A stretch of 64,000 nt of DNA from Desulfosoma sp. GTDB lineage: Bacteria; Desulfobacterota; Syntrophobacteria; Syntrophobacterales; DSM-9756. Positions 29,483 through 40,103 of this stretch are shown here, in pieces. Position numbers and translations under genes: made by a program. Under the pieces are notes generated by a model. The model had not been told where the DNA came from. It ran no database searches and saw only the letters and a program-made list of their open reading frames with translations. The stretch is from NCBI GenBank assembly GCA_037481835.1, contig JBBFKW010000008.1, positions 114,512-178,511 on the forward strand, in the 5' to 3' direction. Position 1 is the first letter of the stretch, and every line of letters begins with the position of its first letter.

Positions 29483-30070
29483 ATGGTGCGCATCGTCGCC
29501 TTGTACGGAAGTCCCAGAAGATCCGGAAACACCTCCACACTGCTCACCCACGCCGTCGAGGGCGCCCGCGAAGCCGGCGCCTCCGTCCAGTGCTTTTACC
29601 TGCGGGATCTCAAGATTTCCCCCTGCCTGGAACTCTACGGGTGCACAAAGTCAGGCCGCTGCATCATCGAGGACGACTTCCAGAAAGTGGCCGAAGCCGT
29701 CACGGACGCCCACGGCATCATGCTCGCCTCCCCCATCTTTTTCTACACCGTTTCGGCCCATACCAAGATCTTCATGGACCGATGCCAGTCCCTTTGGGTC
29801 AAACGCTATTGGATCGACGGCGTTCCTTTCGGGTCCAAGGACTACCCTCGAAGGGGGTTTTTCATCGCAGCCGGAGCAACCCGCGGGAAAAGACTCTTCG
29901 ACGGTGTGCTCCTTACGGTCCGGTATTTTTTCGACGCCGTCGGGGCCGACCTTTGGGGTAGTCTGCTCGTGCGCGGGGTCGATGCGGAAGGGGACATTTT
30001 GAAACGCCCCGACGACTTGATCGCCGCTCGCGAAAAGGGTAAAGAGTTCGCCCGAGCGCTCATGGTGTGA
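29483..30070 (+). CDS. Flavodoxin-fold iron-sulfur flavoprotein / FMN reductase
   Basis: GSPRRSGNT, CLELYGC..GRC, ASPIFF and KIFMDRCQ. Confidence 0.9.
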   Translation: MVRIVALYGSPRRSGNTSTLLTHAVEGAREAGASVQCFYLRDLKISPCLELYGCTKSGRCIIEDDFQKVAEAVTDAHGIMLASPIFFYTVSAHTKIFMDRCQSLWVKRYWIDGVPFGSKDYPRRGFFIAAGATRGKRLFDGVLLTVRYFFDAVGADLWGSLLVRGVDAEGDILKRPDDLIAAREKGKEFARALMV

Positions 30071-30223
30071 TGGGGGCGCTGGGTGTGGGGATGTGGGGGA
30101 GGCGCGTTGTGGGGGCGCTGTTTTGTATGAAAGTCTCTTTAAGACAGCGGAACCACCCTACTTTCATCCTTCGTTGTCACGGTCTGCCCGCGATGGGGGT
30201 TTGTATATAAGTCCAGTTAGGGT

Positions 30224-30254
30224 GTTGGGGTTCGCTGCGCTCACCCCAACCTAC
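30224..30254 (-). repeat. Single REP (family A)
   Basis: GTTGGGGTTCGCTGCGCTCACCCCAACCTAC. Confidence 0.9.
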
Positions 30255-30305
30255 GGGCTACGACCTGCGGTCACCCACCCTACGAATCGACATATCGAAA
30301 GGCAA

Positions 30306-30965
30306 ATGATGGAAGAGAGAAGTCAGAAAGCGTTCATTGTTCTCAACAGCATTTTCGTCGGCAGCCTGGTCATCTCATCGGTTTTGGCGAGCAAGATCAT
30401 CACGGTGTCCGGCATGGTGGTTCCGGCGGGAGTGCTGGCCTACTGCATCACTTTTGTCGTCACCGACGTGGTCAGTGAATTGTGGGGCCGCGAAAAGGCC
30501 AACACGGTGGTCTTGGGCGGCTTTGCCGCCCTCTTGATCTCCTTGGTTTTGGTGCGTCTTGCTTTGCTGTGGCCACCCGCCGTCTTTTGGCCTCACGACG
30601 CAGCCTTTCAGACCATCTTGGACAGCACTTCTCGGATCATCGTCGCCTCCTTCAGCGCTTACCTCCTCAGCCAGTACCACGACGTGTGGGCCTTTCATCT
30701 CCTGCGGCGGCTCACAGGCGGAAAACATCTCTGGATCCGAAACAACCTCTCCACGGCCGTCTCTCAACTCATCGACACCGTGGTTTTCATCACCATCGCT
30801 TTTTACGGCGTCATGCCCGTCGCCCCTCTCATTGTCGGCCAATGGGCCATCAAACTCACCATCGCCCTTCTGGACACCCCGGTCGTCTATGCCGCCGTCT
30901 GGCTCCTCAAAACCCGCCGATGGGCCCCGCCCGAGCCGGCCATTCCACACTCGGCGGCACAGTGA
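30306..30965 (+). CDS. Queuosine precursor transporter (YhhQ/VUT family)
   Basis: TDVVSELWG, RIIVAS..AYLLSQYHDV and WIRNNLSTAVSQLIDT. Confidence 0.9.
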   Translation: MMEERSQKAFIVLNSIFVGSLVISSVLASKIITVSGMVVPAGVLAYCITFVVTDVVSELWGREKANTVVLGGFAALLISLVLVRLALLWPPAVFWPHDAAFQTILDSTSRIIVASFSAYLLSQYHDVWAFHLLRRLTGGKHLWIRNNLSTAVSQLIDTVVFITIAFYGVMPVAPLIVGQWAIKLTIALLDTPVVYAAVWLLKTRRWAPPEPAIPHSAAQ

Positions 30966-30972
30966 GGATCCC

Positions 30973-32748
30973 ATGAATCCCCTCGGGCCGGACCCTTCCC
31001 CAAGACGGGATGGGATGAACGCCTTCCGGCTCCTCAAACTTTCGGCAGGCCGGTATGCGTGGCGGTTGGCCGCCGGTTTCCTGTGCTTGGCCTCGGTGGA
31101 CATCCTCCAACTGTGGATTCCCCGCGTGATGAAGCACGCCGTGGATGGGGTTTCGGCCGGCGCAGACACGGTCCTTCTTGCCGCACGTTCGGCCCAGATT
31201 GTGGGTCTGGCCCTGCTCATCGCCGTCCTTCGCTATTTTTGGCGGTGGTTCCTCCTGGGCTTTTCCCGGCTTTTGGAAAGAGACATCCGCCAAGAAATGG
31301 TCAGCCACGTGCTCACCCTGGACCGAACGGGCCTCCATGGACGCAGCACGGGGGACATCCTCGCCCTTTCGAGCAACGACTTGGCTTCGGTGCAGCTCGC
31401 CGCCGGCATGGGGCTGGTGGCGTTTGTGGATGCAGTCTTCATGAGCGTCGCCACCTTGGCATTCATGGCCGCCCTGCACGGCGGATTGACCGCCATCACC
31501 GTCGCTCCTCTTCCCTTCTTGGCCCTTTTGACCCGAACTCTTTCGGCGCGACTCCACCGGCAGTTCGTCCGGGTCCAGGAAAAGTTTTCCGAACTGACCG
31601 AATGCGCCCGAACCACGCTGGCTTCCATCCGGCTGTTCAAGGCATACAACCAGGAAGAAGCCCAAACGGCCCGCTTCGACGCCCTGGGCCGAGCCTACGT
31701 GCACCACAACCTCCGGGCGGCCATGGTCCAGGGCACCCTTTTTCCCTTCGCCGGCCTGGTGGGGAACGCCAGCGTGGTCCTGGTCCTCTATTTCGGCGGC
31801 CGCCTCACCATGCAGCAAACCATTAGCGCCGGCGATTTCGTGGCCTTCGTCGCCTACCTCCATCTCCTCACATGGCCCATGATGGCCTTCGGCTGGGTCG
31901 CCAACTTGTTCCAGCGAGGCCTCACGAGCTTAAACCGCATCCATGCGCTCCTTTCAGAGCGCGCCGCCCTTCAAGACCCCCCAAGGCCCGTTGCCGTGCC
32001 GTCGCCTCCTGTGACGCTTCGCCTGCACGAGTGCACCTTCACCTACCCGGGCATGGAAAGACCCGTGCTGCGCCGCTGCTCCATCACATTGGAACCCGGC
32101 ATCACCGGTCTCATCGGCCCCACAGGCTCGGGCAAATCCACGCTGTGTCAGATTCTCACCAGGCTCTACCCCGTCCCCGACGGGACCTACATCGTCAACG
32201 GCATCGACGTAAACCGACTGGCAATCGCCGAGCTTCGCTCCCTCATTGCCTACGTCCCTCAAGACGGCGTCCTTTTTTCCGATACCATCGCCGCCAATAT
32301 CGCCTTTGGAAAACCCGACGCCACGGAGGCAGAAATCGTGGCGGCGGCACAAGCGACGGCCATCCACGAGGAAATCCTCGCCATGGAAAACGGGTATGAG
32401 ACGCGCATCGGGGAAAAGGGGGTGCGCCTCTCCGGCGGCCAGCGCCAGCGGATCGCTCTGGCGCGGGCCCTCCTTATCAACCGGCCCATCCTCATCATCG
32501 ACGACGGTCTGTCCGCCGTGGATACGGAAACCGAGCAGATCATCCTGCGCCGTTTGGCCGAGCACGCCCGAGGCAAGATCTGCCTCGTCATCTCCCATCG
32601 GATTGCTCAGCTTGTGAATGCCCACCGGCTCCTCGTCATGGAAGACGGTCGTATCGTGGACGCTGGAAGCCACCGGGAACTCCTGGAGAGGAACGCCTTT
32701 TACCGAACGATCCATGAGCATCAAACCCGCATCCTGTGTGCAGGATAG
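30973..32748 (+). CDS. ABC exporter, fused permease/ATPase (MdlA-like); start may be 31015
   Basis: TM domain plus GPTGSGKST, LSGGQRQR and IIDDGLSAVD. Confidence 0.92.
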   Translation: MNPLGPDPSPRRDGMNAFRLLKLSAGRYAWRLAAGFLCLASVDILQLWIPRVMKHAVDGVSAGADTVLLAARSAQIVGLALLIAVLRYFWRWFLLGFSRLLERDIRQEMVSHVLTLDRTGLHGRSTGDILALSSNDLASVQLAAGMGLVAFVDAVFMSVATLAFMAALHGGLTAITVAPLPFLALLTRTLSARLHRQFVRVQEKFSELTECARTTLASIRLFKAYNQEEAQTARFDALGRAYVHHNLRAAMVQGTLFPFAGLVGNASVVLVLYFGGRLTMQQTISAGDFVAFVAYLHLLTWPMMAFGWVANLFQRGLTSLNRIHALLSERAALQDPPRPVAVPSPPVTLRLHECTFTYPGMERPVLRRCSITLEPGITGLIGPTGSGKSTLCQILTRLYPVPDGTYIVNGIDVNRLAIAELRSLIAYVPQDGVLFSDTIAANIAFGKPDATEAEIVAAAQATAIHEEILAMENGYETRIGEKGVRLSGGQRQRIALARALLINRPILIIDDGLSAVDTETEQIILRRLAEHARGKICLVISHRIAQLVNAHRLLVMEDGRIVDAGSHRELLERNAFYRTIHEHQTRILCAG

Positions 32749-32754
32749 ATTCCG

Positions 32755-34602
32755 ATGCATTACGGTTACGGATACTTTGAAGAGGCCCAGCTGGGCCGCG
32801 TTCGAGACCTGAGGCTGTGGAGGCGCCTTCTGGACATTCTTCGGCCTTATTGGAGGCCGATTCTCGGCGCCATCCTCCTTTCCCTGCTCATTTCGGCCAC
32901 GGGCTTGACCCTTCCCTACATCGTGCGGCTGGGCGTGGACGGCTACATCACGCGGGAGGCCCTGTCCTTGGCGGAGCGGCTGCGCGGATTGCGTCATTTG
33001 GCTCTCGCCTTTACCATGTTCATGGCCGTCGGGTTCGCGGCCAATTTCTTTCAAGTGGTCCTCTTGGAATGGGCGGGGCAGCGGGTGATGCACACCCTGC
33101 GCCAGCGCCTTTTTCACCACGTGATCCATCTGGATGTCGCCTTCTTCAACAAACACCCCGTGGGCAAACTGGTCACGCGCCTTACCAACGACATTCAAAA
33201 CATGCACGAAGCCATGACGTCCGTCGTGGTCACCGTCTTTAACGACCTCATCCAGCTTTTCGGCATCCTCGCCATCCTCTTTTGGATGGATTGGCGGCTC
33301 ACCGGCCTGCTGTGCACCGTCATCCCCATCGTCCTGGCGGTGACCTGGTATTTCAGCCGCTTGGCCCGGGAATCCTTCCGAGATCTTCGCACGCGCCTGG
33401 CGCGCATCAACGCCTTCTTGCAGGAAGTCCTCGGCGGTCTGTTCGTAATCCAAATTTTCCAAAGGGAAAGGGATACGGCCGCGCGGTTCCGGGACCTCAA
33501 CGAGGCCCACCTTGAGGCCGCCTTTCGGCAGATCCGCATTTTCGGCTTTTTCATGCCCTTTATCGAAGTCATGCATTCCTCGGCCGTAGCCCTTATGATC
33601 TGGTTCGGCGGACGGGAAATCGTCCAAGGACGCATGTCCCTCGGAACCCTCATCGCTTTCTTGTCCTATGTGCGCCTGTGCTTCCAGCCTCTTCGCGAAC
33701 TGTCCCAGAAATACTCCATCGTTCAGTCCGCCCTGGCTTCGGCGGAACGAATCTTCGAACTTTTGGACACCCCCCGTTCGGCACCGGATTCCGCCGCCGT
33801 GGCGGCACCTTCCCAAGTGAGAGGCGTCCTCACCTTCGACCGGGTTTCTTTTGCCTACGATTCCGGCCGTCCCGTGCTTCAGGACGTCTCCTTTCACATC
33901 GACCCGGGGGAGACGGTGGCCGTGGTCGGGGCCACCGGCGCGGGCAAAACCACCCTGATCAATCTCTTGGAGCGGTTCTATGAACCCTCCCAAGGGCGCA
34001 TCCTTCTCGACGGGATGGACATCCGGGACATGGATGTGCACGCCTTGCGCCGTCGGATCGGATTGGTCATGCAGGACGTGTTCCTGGTGCCGGGAACCCT
34101 TCGGGAAAACATCTGCCTGGATCTGCGCCTGGATGCGCCCGAGCTGGAACGGATCGTTCATCACGCCCGCCTCGCCTCCTTCGTCGCCCGGCTCCCCCAA
34201 GGGCTGGACACCCGAGTGGGCCCCGGGGGGATCGACCTTTCCGCCGGCGAGAAACAACTTCTCGCCTTCGCCCGGGTGTTGGCACGGGATCCCAGGATCC
34301 TTATTCTTGACGAAGCGACGTCCAATGTGGATTCATCCACGGAACGGGAGGTGGAAAGGGCCTTGGAAGAGGTCTTGGCGGGACGCACGGGAATCATCAT
34401 CGCCCATCGTCTGTCGACGGTTCAAAGAGCGTCCCGGATCTTCGTCCTGGACGGCGGAAAATTGGTGGAAACCGGAACTCATGAGGACTTGGTCCGAAAG
34501 GACGGGTATTACGCCAGATTGCTCCGATTGAGTCTGGCCTGCGGCCCGAGGGAAGAACATCGTGCTTCAGGGGCATTGTCTGAATCCCAAATTGCCAAGT
34601 AA
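32755..34602 (+). CDS. ABC exporter, fused permease/ATPase (MdlB-like partner)
   Basis: GATGAGKTT, LSAGEKQ, LDEATS and IAHRLST. Confidence 0.92.
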   Translation: MHYGYGYFEEAQLGRVRDLRLWRRLLDILRPYWRPILGAILLSLLISATGLTLPYIVRLGVDGYITREALSLAERLRGLRHLALAFTMFMAVGFAANFFQVVLLEWAGQRVMHTLRQRLFHHVIHLDVAFFNKHPVGKLVTRLTNDIQNMHEAMTSVVVTVFNDLIQLFGILAILFWMDWRLTGLLCTVIPIVLAVTWYFSRLARESFRDLRTRLARINAFLQEVLGGLFVIQIFQRERDTAARFRDLNEAHLEAAFRQIRIFGFFMPFIEVMHSSAVALMIWFGGREIVQGRMSLGTLIAFLSYVRLCFQPLRELSQKYSIVQSALASAERIFELLDTPRSAPDSAAVAAPSQVRGVLTFDRVSFAYDSGRPVLQDVSFHIDPGETVAVVGATGAGKTTLINLLERFYEPSQGRILLDGMDIRDMDVHALRRRIGLVMQDVFLVPGTLRENICLDLRLDAPELERIVHHARLASFVARLPQGLDTRVGPGGIDLSAGEKQLLAFARVLARDPRILILDEATSNVDSSTEREVERALEEVLAGRTGIIIAHRLSTVQRASRIFVLDGGKLVETGTHEDLVRKDGYYARLLRLSLACGPREEHRASGALSESQIAK

Positions 34603-34613
34603 AGGAGCGGGTT

Positions 34614-35111
34614 ATGGCAGCGAAGAGGCCGAAGAGGCGGATTATCGTTTTTATGGTGTGGTGCGTGATTTTTGGGCTTGTCGGGGCCGTAGGAGCCCAG
34701 CCCCCGGCGAGCAGCATGGGAGGGTGGGAAAAAGGCGGCGCCTACGATCGCCTCTATAACCCCCAGGAACTGGACAAGATCAAAGGCACCGTCGTGAAAA
34801 TCCAGGAAGTCACCCCCATGGAGGGGATGAGCCCCGGCGTCGCCTTGACGGTGGAAGACAAGGACGGGACCAAGGCCTTGGTGCATCTGGGCCCTCGCTG
34901 GTTTATCGACCCCAAGACCATGGGCATCCAGGTCGGGGACACGGTCAAGATCACGGGCTGCTGGGCGGATATCAAGGGCCAGGAAGTCTTCATGGCATCC
35001 AAGGTCAAGAAGGGCGACCATTTTGAGTTCAAGGTGCGCCTCACCAAGGATGGAACGCCGTTCTGGACCATGAGCCCCGAAGAACTGGCCAAAGAGCGCG
35101 CCGCCGATTAG
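34614..35111 (+). CDS. Exported OB-fold-like protein (MamS/MamX-like domain suspected)
   Basis: Signal peptide; IKGTVVKI, VHLGPRWFI and GDTVKITG. Confidence 0.55.
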   Translation: MAAKRPKRRIIVFMVWCVIFGLVGAVGAQPPASSMGGWEKGGAYDRLYNPQELDKIKGTVVKIQEVTPMEGMSPGVALTVEDKDGTKALVHLGPRWFIDPKTMGIQVGDTVKITGCWADIKGQEVFMASKVKKGDHFEFKVRLTKDGTPFWTMSPEELAKERAAD

Positions 35112-35115
35112 ACCC

Positions 35116-36234
35116 ATGTGGACTTTTCTTCTCCTTTTTCTCACCGTCTACACGAGCATGCACGCGGTGTTCTATTACCGCGTGCATGTGCTGTTCGGTG
35201 AGCGCAAAGGGATGGCGCTCGCCTTCACGGTCTTCCTCGGGCTCATGATCCTTTCTCCCGTTTTGTGCCGTCTTTTGGAACGCACCGGCTGGGAAACCCA
35301 GGCGCGCGTCTTGGCCCATGTGGGCTATCCCTGGATGGGTTTTCTCTTCTTGGCTTTCTGGTGTTCCGTGCTCGTCGGCGCCGTCAACGCGGTGCTTTGG
35401 GGTCTTCACCGTTATGCCGGTCTCAACATGGTCCGCATCCCCGAAAAACCAGCCGCCGTCGCGGTCCTCGTCGCAGCGGGGATTCTCACACTTTACGGCG
35501 CTTTTGAGGCCTGGAACATCCGCGTGGAACGGATCCGGCTGGAAACGGAAAAACTTCCGCCGCATGTGCCGCGACTCGTCGTCGCCCAGATTTCCGATGT
35601 GCACCTGGGGTTGAACGGCCGTGAAGGCCGTGCGGAAAGGATTCTTCGCGCCGTTCGAGCCGCCGAACCCGATTTGCTCGTTTCCACGGGGGACTTGGTG
35701 GACGGAGCGCCCCATTCCCTGGAACCGTTGCTTCCCCTGTTCCAAAGCGTGCAGCCGAAGCTCGGCAAGGTGGCCGTCGTGGGAAACCACGAATACTACG
35801 TGGGCCTCCAGGGGGCCATGGACTGGACGCGCCGGGCGGGCTTCATGCTCCTCAAGGACAACGGGACCACCCTGGCGGGGATTCTCAACGTGGCGGGCGT
35901 GGACGACACTTGGAAAGACCGGCCGGACATCGAATCCGGACTCCTGCGATCCCTCCCCGATGAGCTCTTCACCCTCTATTTGAAGCACCGCCCCCAAGTA
36001 TGCCCCGAAACGGTCGGCCTGTTCGACCTGCAGCTTTCCGGTCACACCCACCGCGGCCAGATTTTTCCCTTCTCCCTTTTCGTCGCCCTGATGTATCCTT
36101 TTTTCAACGGCACGTACGACATGGGCGAAGGATCCGTGCTGCACACCAGCCGCGGCACGGGCACGTGGGGTCCGCCGATCCGCCTGCTGGCCCCGCCGGA
36201 AATCACCGTGTTCGAAATTGTTCGAAAGCATTGA
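35116..36234 (+). CDS. Membrane-anchored metallophosphoesterase
   Basis: SDVHLG, TGDLVD, GNHE and SGHTHRGQ. Confidence 0.92.
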   Translation: MWTFLLLFLTVYTSMHAVFYYRVHVLFGERKGMALAFTVFLGLMILSPVLCRLLERTGWETQARVLAHVGYPWMGFLFLAFWCSVLVGAVNAVLWGLHRYAGLNMVRIPEKPAAVAVLVAAGILTLYGAFEAWNIRVERIRLETEKLPPHVPRLVVAQISDVHLGLNGREGRAERILRAVRAAEPDLLVSTGDLVDGAPHSLEPLLPLFQSVQPKLGKVAVVGNHEYYVGLQGAMDWTRRAGFMLLKDNGTTLAGILNVAGVDDTWKDRPDIESGLLRSLPDELFTLYLKHRPQVCPETVGLFDLQLSGHTHRGQIFPFSLFVALMYPFFNGTYDMGEGSVLHTSRGTGTWGPPIRLLAPPEITVFEIVRKH

Positions 36235-36313
36235 ACGGACCGGCTCGACCCATACCGGCGGACGCACTGCCCATCGCCAACCAGGAACGACTTCAAAACA
36301 GGAGGGTCTCGGC

Positions 36314-36661
36314 GTGGACAAGAACCGATGGCTTTATCTCACCGGCGCTTTACTCTACGTTGACTTTACGGCGCTCGTCATTCTCGGCTTGTTGTTGAAA
36401 TTCGCCATCCCCACAGGCCCCCGCGGCGGCGGATCACCCCCTTCGTTCCTGGGCGTCACCCGCCACGGTTGGGCGGACGTCCATGGCACGCTGGGAATTT
36501 TGTTCATCGTGCTTGTCGCCGTCCATATTGCGCTCAACTGGACCTGGGTCGTGAACTCGTCCAAGCGCTACTTCCAGGACAAATGGGCAAAGGCCCTGTT
36601 GATCCTCAGCGCGGTGTGGGTGCCCGTCCTTTTCGTCGGCTGGATCGCTTCCCGGTTTTAA
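36314..36661 (+). CDS. DUF4405-like small membrane protein (two TM His, cytochrome b-like)
   Basis: WADVHGTLG...VHIALNWTW; GGAGG RBS before GTG. Confidence 0.75.
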   Translation: MDKNRWLYLTGALLYVDFTALVILGLLLKFAIPTGPRGGGSPPSFLGVTRHGWADVHGTLGILFIVLVAVHIALNWTWVVNSSKRYFQDKWAKALLILSAVWVPVLFVGWIASRF

Positions 36662-36804
36662 GCCCCATGGGGGTGTGTTCCATGTTGGGGGTCGCGGCGC
36701 CGCACCACTTCGCATCCTGCCGCAGCGGGACAAAAACACGGCGGGCTTTTGGGCCCGTGGAGGCTCTTTAAAGGTTTTTTCCCGCAAGAAAGAAATCTTT
36801 ACCG

Positions 36805-38745
36805 TCAAAAGGCGATGCCGTCGTCACTCCAGCGAAAACTTTCCCCGTTCAGCACCAGCCTCTCCTTGGCAAACCACAGCGCCAAGTCTTCGCCTTCGTC
36901 GTCCTTCTTTTCCGGCTTGGATTCCTGCAGTTTCTCCGAGGCGCGTCCTTCGGAGGGGGGCGGCGCGGTGCGCTTGGAGTCGGTGAAAAGGAACGAGGAG
37001 TACTTGACGATTTTCGATTCCTGCTCTTCGGCGGGCACGATGGCCGTCGTAAAGATCATCTCGATCGTGTAGGCCTCCTTTGCGCTTCGGTCTTCGGCGA
37101 GCTTTTCCCGCATCAGGGACACGGCGATGCGCGCCTGCCGCTTCTTTTTGATGAACTTTTTCGTGGACAGCACATCCTTAAAGGTCAACACGGTGACCTC
37201 GGGATAATTGCGCAGCGGCGCCGTCTCCGAGGGCTGAAAGGTATGTTCCCCATCCTCGTCCATGAGACGCAGCTGCACGGTGAGGTTGTCCGCCATCCAA
37301 CGGGTCGGAAGCAGGAGCGCCAGATTGTCCCCTCGAAACACGTTCAGGGGGTTCAGCCATGATTTGTTTTCGGCAAGCAGGAGCACATGGTCGAATTCCC
37401 CTTGGATCCTTCGCAGGATGTCGCGGTTTCGCAGTTGTCCGTAGAGCCATAGGACATCGTAGTTTTTGATCTTATCGTTTTTCAGCACGGCGTCCATGAT
37501 GCGGTCGAACACGTCGCTTCGGGCGTCGAGCAGCAGAGCCGGTCCTAGAGCGCGCATCATTTCGGGATCTTCGATGAAGGTGAGATACCCGTTATCCAGG
37601 TTTCGCAGGATGAGTCGGCCGGCCGTGTCCTTGTCCCCGAGGCGCGCATAGTGCAAGGCGGCAAAAAGGATATTGCCCCAGTCTTCATCGTCGGAATTGG
37701 CTAGGACCACCTCCAGGTCCCGGCGGATTTGCGCCGGGGAGGCGTGTTGGACGGTGAGCATGATCTTGTGCATGGCGGTGGAGGCCGCAAAGGGGTCTTT
37801 CCTCAGGATCCCCTGGTGGATGCTTTGGAATTGGTTGAAGCAAAAAAGCGCCTCCTTGGCGTTGCCCATTTCATAGGCGGACTGGCCCCGGTAGTACCAA
37901 TAAGGCGGAAACTTCTGGAACGCGCTTTCCAGCCGTTCCAACTTGCGGTATCGGCGCTCGATGTCCGGTTCCTTGAGAATGGCCGTGTAGTCGCTGAGCT
38001 GTTTTTCATTGAGCCGCCATTCGTCGGGCAGCTGGTAGCGCCGCATCAAGTCCCAGGAATACTTGAGCAGCTTCTTGTAAAAATTGTTCAGGCCCTGGAG
38101 GGTGGCCGCCTCGATTTTCCACGCCGCCTCTTCCCGCTCCTTCTTGTAGTCGTCCATCCTGTCCCGGTAATTGAAATAGAACGAGCCCACGTTGAGCACC
38201 GCATTGAGGACGCCCATGTAGGGATTGAGGAGAAGGTCCGTTTCCAGGATCCGCTTTCGCAACCGCTTCCTGAGTTCGTTTTGCACGTTCTTTTCGTAGC
38301 TTCGGGAGAGCGCGGCGCGTTCGTGTTCCTGGATTTTGGAGGCGGTCAACAGGTCCATGAGTTCCTGGAGCAAGCTGATGATGTCGGCATCGGGGATTTT
38401 GTTGAGGTTCAAGTTGTTGATGATCGTGTTGTATTCCTGGTCCAGCACCACCTTGTCGTTGTAGGTGATGATGTGGGTCAGGGAGACGGCGATCTGGTTC
38501 AGAGCCTGCAGGACCTGAAGTTGGACGGAGCCTTCCTCCTGCGCCGCACCCGGCCGAGGCGGGCCCACATCGCACAGGCCCGCAGGCGCCGAAAACACTA
38601 TTGCGAGACACACAAAGAGGAGCTCACACCCCGGAAAAAGTCGTCGTCGAACAGTCCGTGCACGCCATCCCATCGTCTTGATTCCCTCCATCGCCACATT
38701 TGCGATCCATGAGCAGAGCTTCGTCTGTGCGGCGAAAAGATTCAT
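36805..38745 (-). CDS. Large exported alpha-helical/TPR hypothetical protein (start 38745 or 38673)
   Basis: Long ORF with a signal-like segment and TPR-like WYYRGQSAYEMG; ATGA overlap with the upstream regulator. Confidence 0.7.
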   Translation of the reverse strand: MNLFAAQTKLCSWIANVAMEGIKTMGWRARTVRRRLFPGCELLFVCLAIVFSAPAGLCDVGPPRPGAAQEEGSVQLQVLQALNQIAVSLTHIITYNDKVVLDQEYNTIINNLNLNKIPDADIISLLQELMDLLTASKIQEHERAALSRSYEKNVQNELRKRLRKRILETDLLLNPYMGVLNAVLNVGSFYFNYRDRMDDYKKEREEAAWKIEAATLQGLNNFYKKLLKYSWDLMRRYQLPDEWRLNEKQLSDYTAILKEPDIERRYRKLERLESAFQKFPPYWYYRGQSAYEMGNAKEALFCFNQFQSIHQGILRKDPFAASTAMHKIMLTVQHASPAQIRRDLEVVLANSDDEDWGNILFAALHYARLGDKDTAGRLILRNLDNGYLTFIEDPEMMRALGPALLLDARSDVFDRIMDAVLKNDKIKNYDVLWLYGQLRNRDILRRIQGEFDHVLLLAENKSWLNPLNVFRGDNLALLLPTRWMADNLTVQLRLMDEDGEHTFQPSETAPLRNYPEVTVLTFKDVLSTKKFIKKKRQARIAVSLMREKLAEDRSAKEAYTIEMIFTTAIVPAEEQESKIVKYSSFLFTDSKRTAPPPSEGRASEKLQESKPEKKDDEGEDLALWFAKERLVLNGESFRWSDDGIAF

Positions 38746-39869
38746 GGCACATCCCCTGCTGCCTGAGACCACGAGGTCGGCAGAGATCCGTACCCATGGA
38801 GCACGACGGCGTTGGCCGAAAAGACGGCCCAGGCCCATGCGCCTTCCTTGAGCTTCATTCGGTCGGCGCTTTCCGCCGTAATGACGGCACAGAGCTCCGT
38901 CCCGTCGGAAAGTTCCACGGTGACTTCGGCCGTCACCGTGCCCCGAAGGAGGCGCCGGATCGTGCCCCGAAATCGGTTCTCGGCGCTTAACTCTGGTTCT
39001 TCGGGCCCCGAACCGAGAACGACCCACGGGGCCTTGACTTCCGCAACCATGTATTTTCCTTCCTCGATGGCGAGACGCTGGAGGCTGTCGGCGGTGATCA
39101 CCGTGATGATCCTATGGCCGCCAAGCGTCTCCAGGTGCACCTCCGCCTGAATGTCTCCCCGATGGACGGCCTTCACTCGACCGAAAAAAGCATTTCGGGC
39201 GCTGGTCCGCCCGGTGGATTCCCTTTCGAGGAAAAGCTTCATCACCTGGCGGATGTCGTCCTGGGAAAAAGAAACATAGCTCGTGCCGACGGCAGGCGTC
39301 CCGTACCCGAGAACCCTCTGGACGACGGGAAGGGGGATGTGCCCCTTGAGGAGTTCCACGGCTCTCGCTTTGCGGATCATTTCGGGGCTGCCCAAGCCTT
39401 TGGGAAACCCGCAGGCGTGCGCCCTTTCGTAAAACTTTCGGCGCACGAAGGCGGCATCCAAGGCGAGTGGCCCACGGAACCGGGCCGTGAGGTCGGGGGA
39501 GTCCACAAGGGACCGAATTTCGCCGAGCACCCGTCTCGCCACGTCCACGGTGCGGGATGAAGGGCCTTTGGCCCCGGGACCTCCTCGAAAAAGCACGCAT
39601 TGATTTTCCCAGTCGATATCTCGAGACGGGTCCAGACGAAGAACTTCATTGAGCTTCGCGCCCGTGTGGCGGATGAGGAGGAAAATGAGATAAACCCGAG
39701 AGCGGGAAAGGCGATGGGCGGCGGATTCCTGAGCCCACCGGCGGAAGGATTCTTCCAGGCGCTCCAAGGCCGGGGGATCCAAAACCCTGGTGCGGTCCAA
39801 AGGGGCCGCGGCCGAGCGGCCCGACGGCCCTTTCTCGGCGCTTTTGTTCCCGCTGTCAGTCCCGCTCAT
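38742..39869 (-). CDS. TunR-family regulator: degenerate tyrosine-recombinase domain plus tandem TOBE domains
   Basis: LIRHTGAKLNEVL, PEMIRKARAVELL and VQRVLGY..TSY, then TSARNAFFG and LSAENRFRG TOBE motifs. Confidence 0.85.
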   Translation of the reverse strand: MSGTDSGNKSAEKGPSGRSAAAPLDRTRVLDPPALERLEESFRRWAQESAAHRLSRSRVYLIFLLIRHTGAKLNEVLRLDPSRDIDWENQCVLFRGGPGAKGPSSRTVDVARRVLGEIRSLVDSPDLTARFRGPLALDAAFVRRKFYERAHACGFPKGLGSPEMIRKARAVELLKGHIPLPVVQRVLGYGTPAVGTSYVSFSQDDIRQVMKLFLERESTGRTSARNAFFGRVKAVHRGDIQAEVHLETLGGHRIITVITADSLQRLAIEEGKYMVAEVKAPWVVLGSGPEEPELSAENRFRGTIRRLLRGTVTAEVTVELSDGTELCAVITAESADRMKLKEGAWAWAVFSANAVVLHGYGSLPTSWSQAAGDVP

Positions 39870-40103
39870 GCAACCCTTATCCCTTGCCCGTGCCTCATTT
39901 CCGGGGCGCCCCCTCTCCCCCGCCTTCAGAAACCGCCTCGATGCCGAAAGGCTGCCTTCTTTGGGAGTGCATGTCCTTCGGCCCCGCAGCGCCGCCAGAC
40001 CCCCTTGCGGCGCTCTTATGTACCACAACCGGCAAGGCGGCCGCCAGAGGCAGCGGGGCGGCCTCTTTTGGATCTTGACGCAGGGGGCCTGCGAAGGCTA
40101 GAT

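Noticed and set aside
30071..30305. preQ1 riboswitch upstream of the queuosine precursor transporter
   Set aside because: No recognisable preQ1 motif; the region is occupied by repeats
31954..34257. Long antisense or alternate-frame ORFs (also 42190-44160, 57643-60030, 6218-8119)
   Set aside because: Shadow ORFs of high-GC genes that already have clear family motifs in another frame
38742..39869. Active integrase marking a prophage or island
   Set aside because: Catalytic residues are degenerate, it is fused to TOBE domains, and there are no phage or att features
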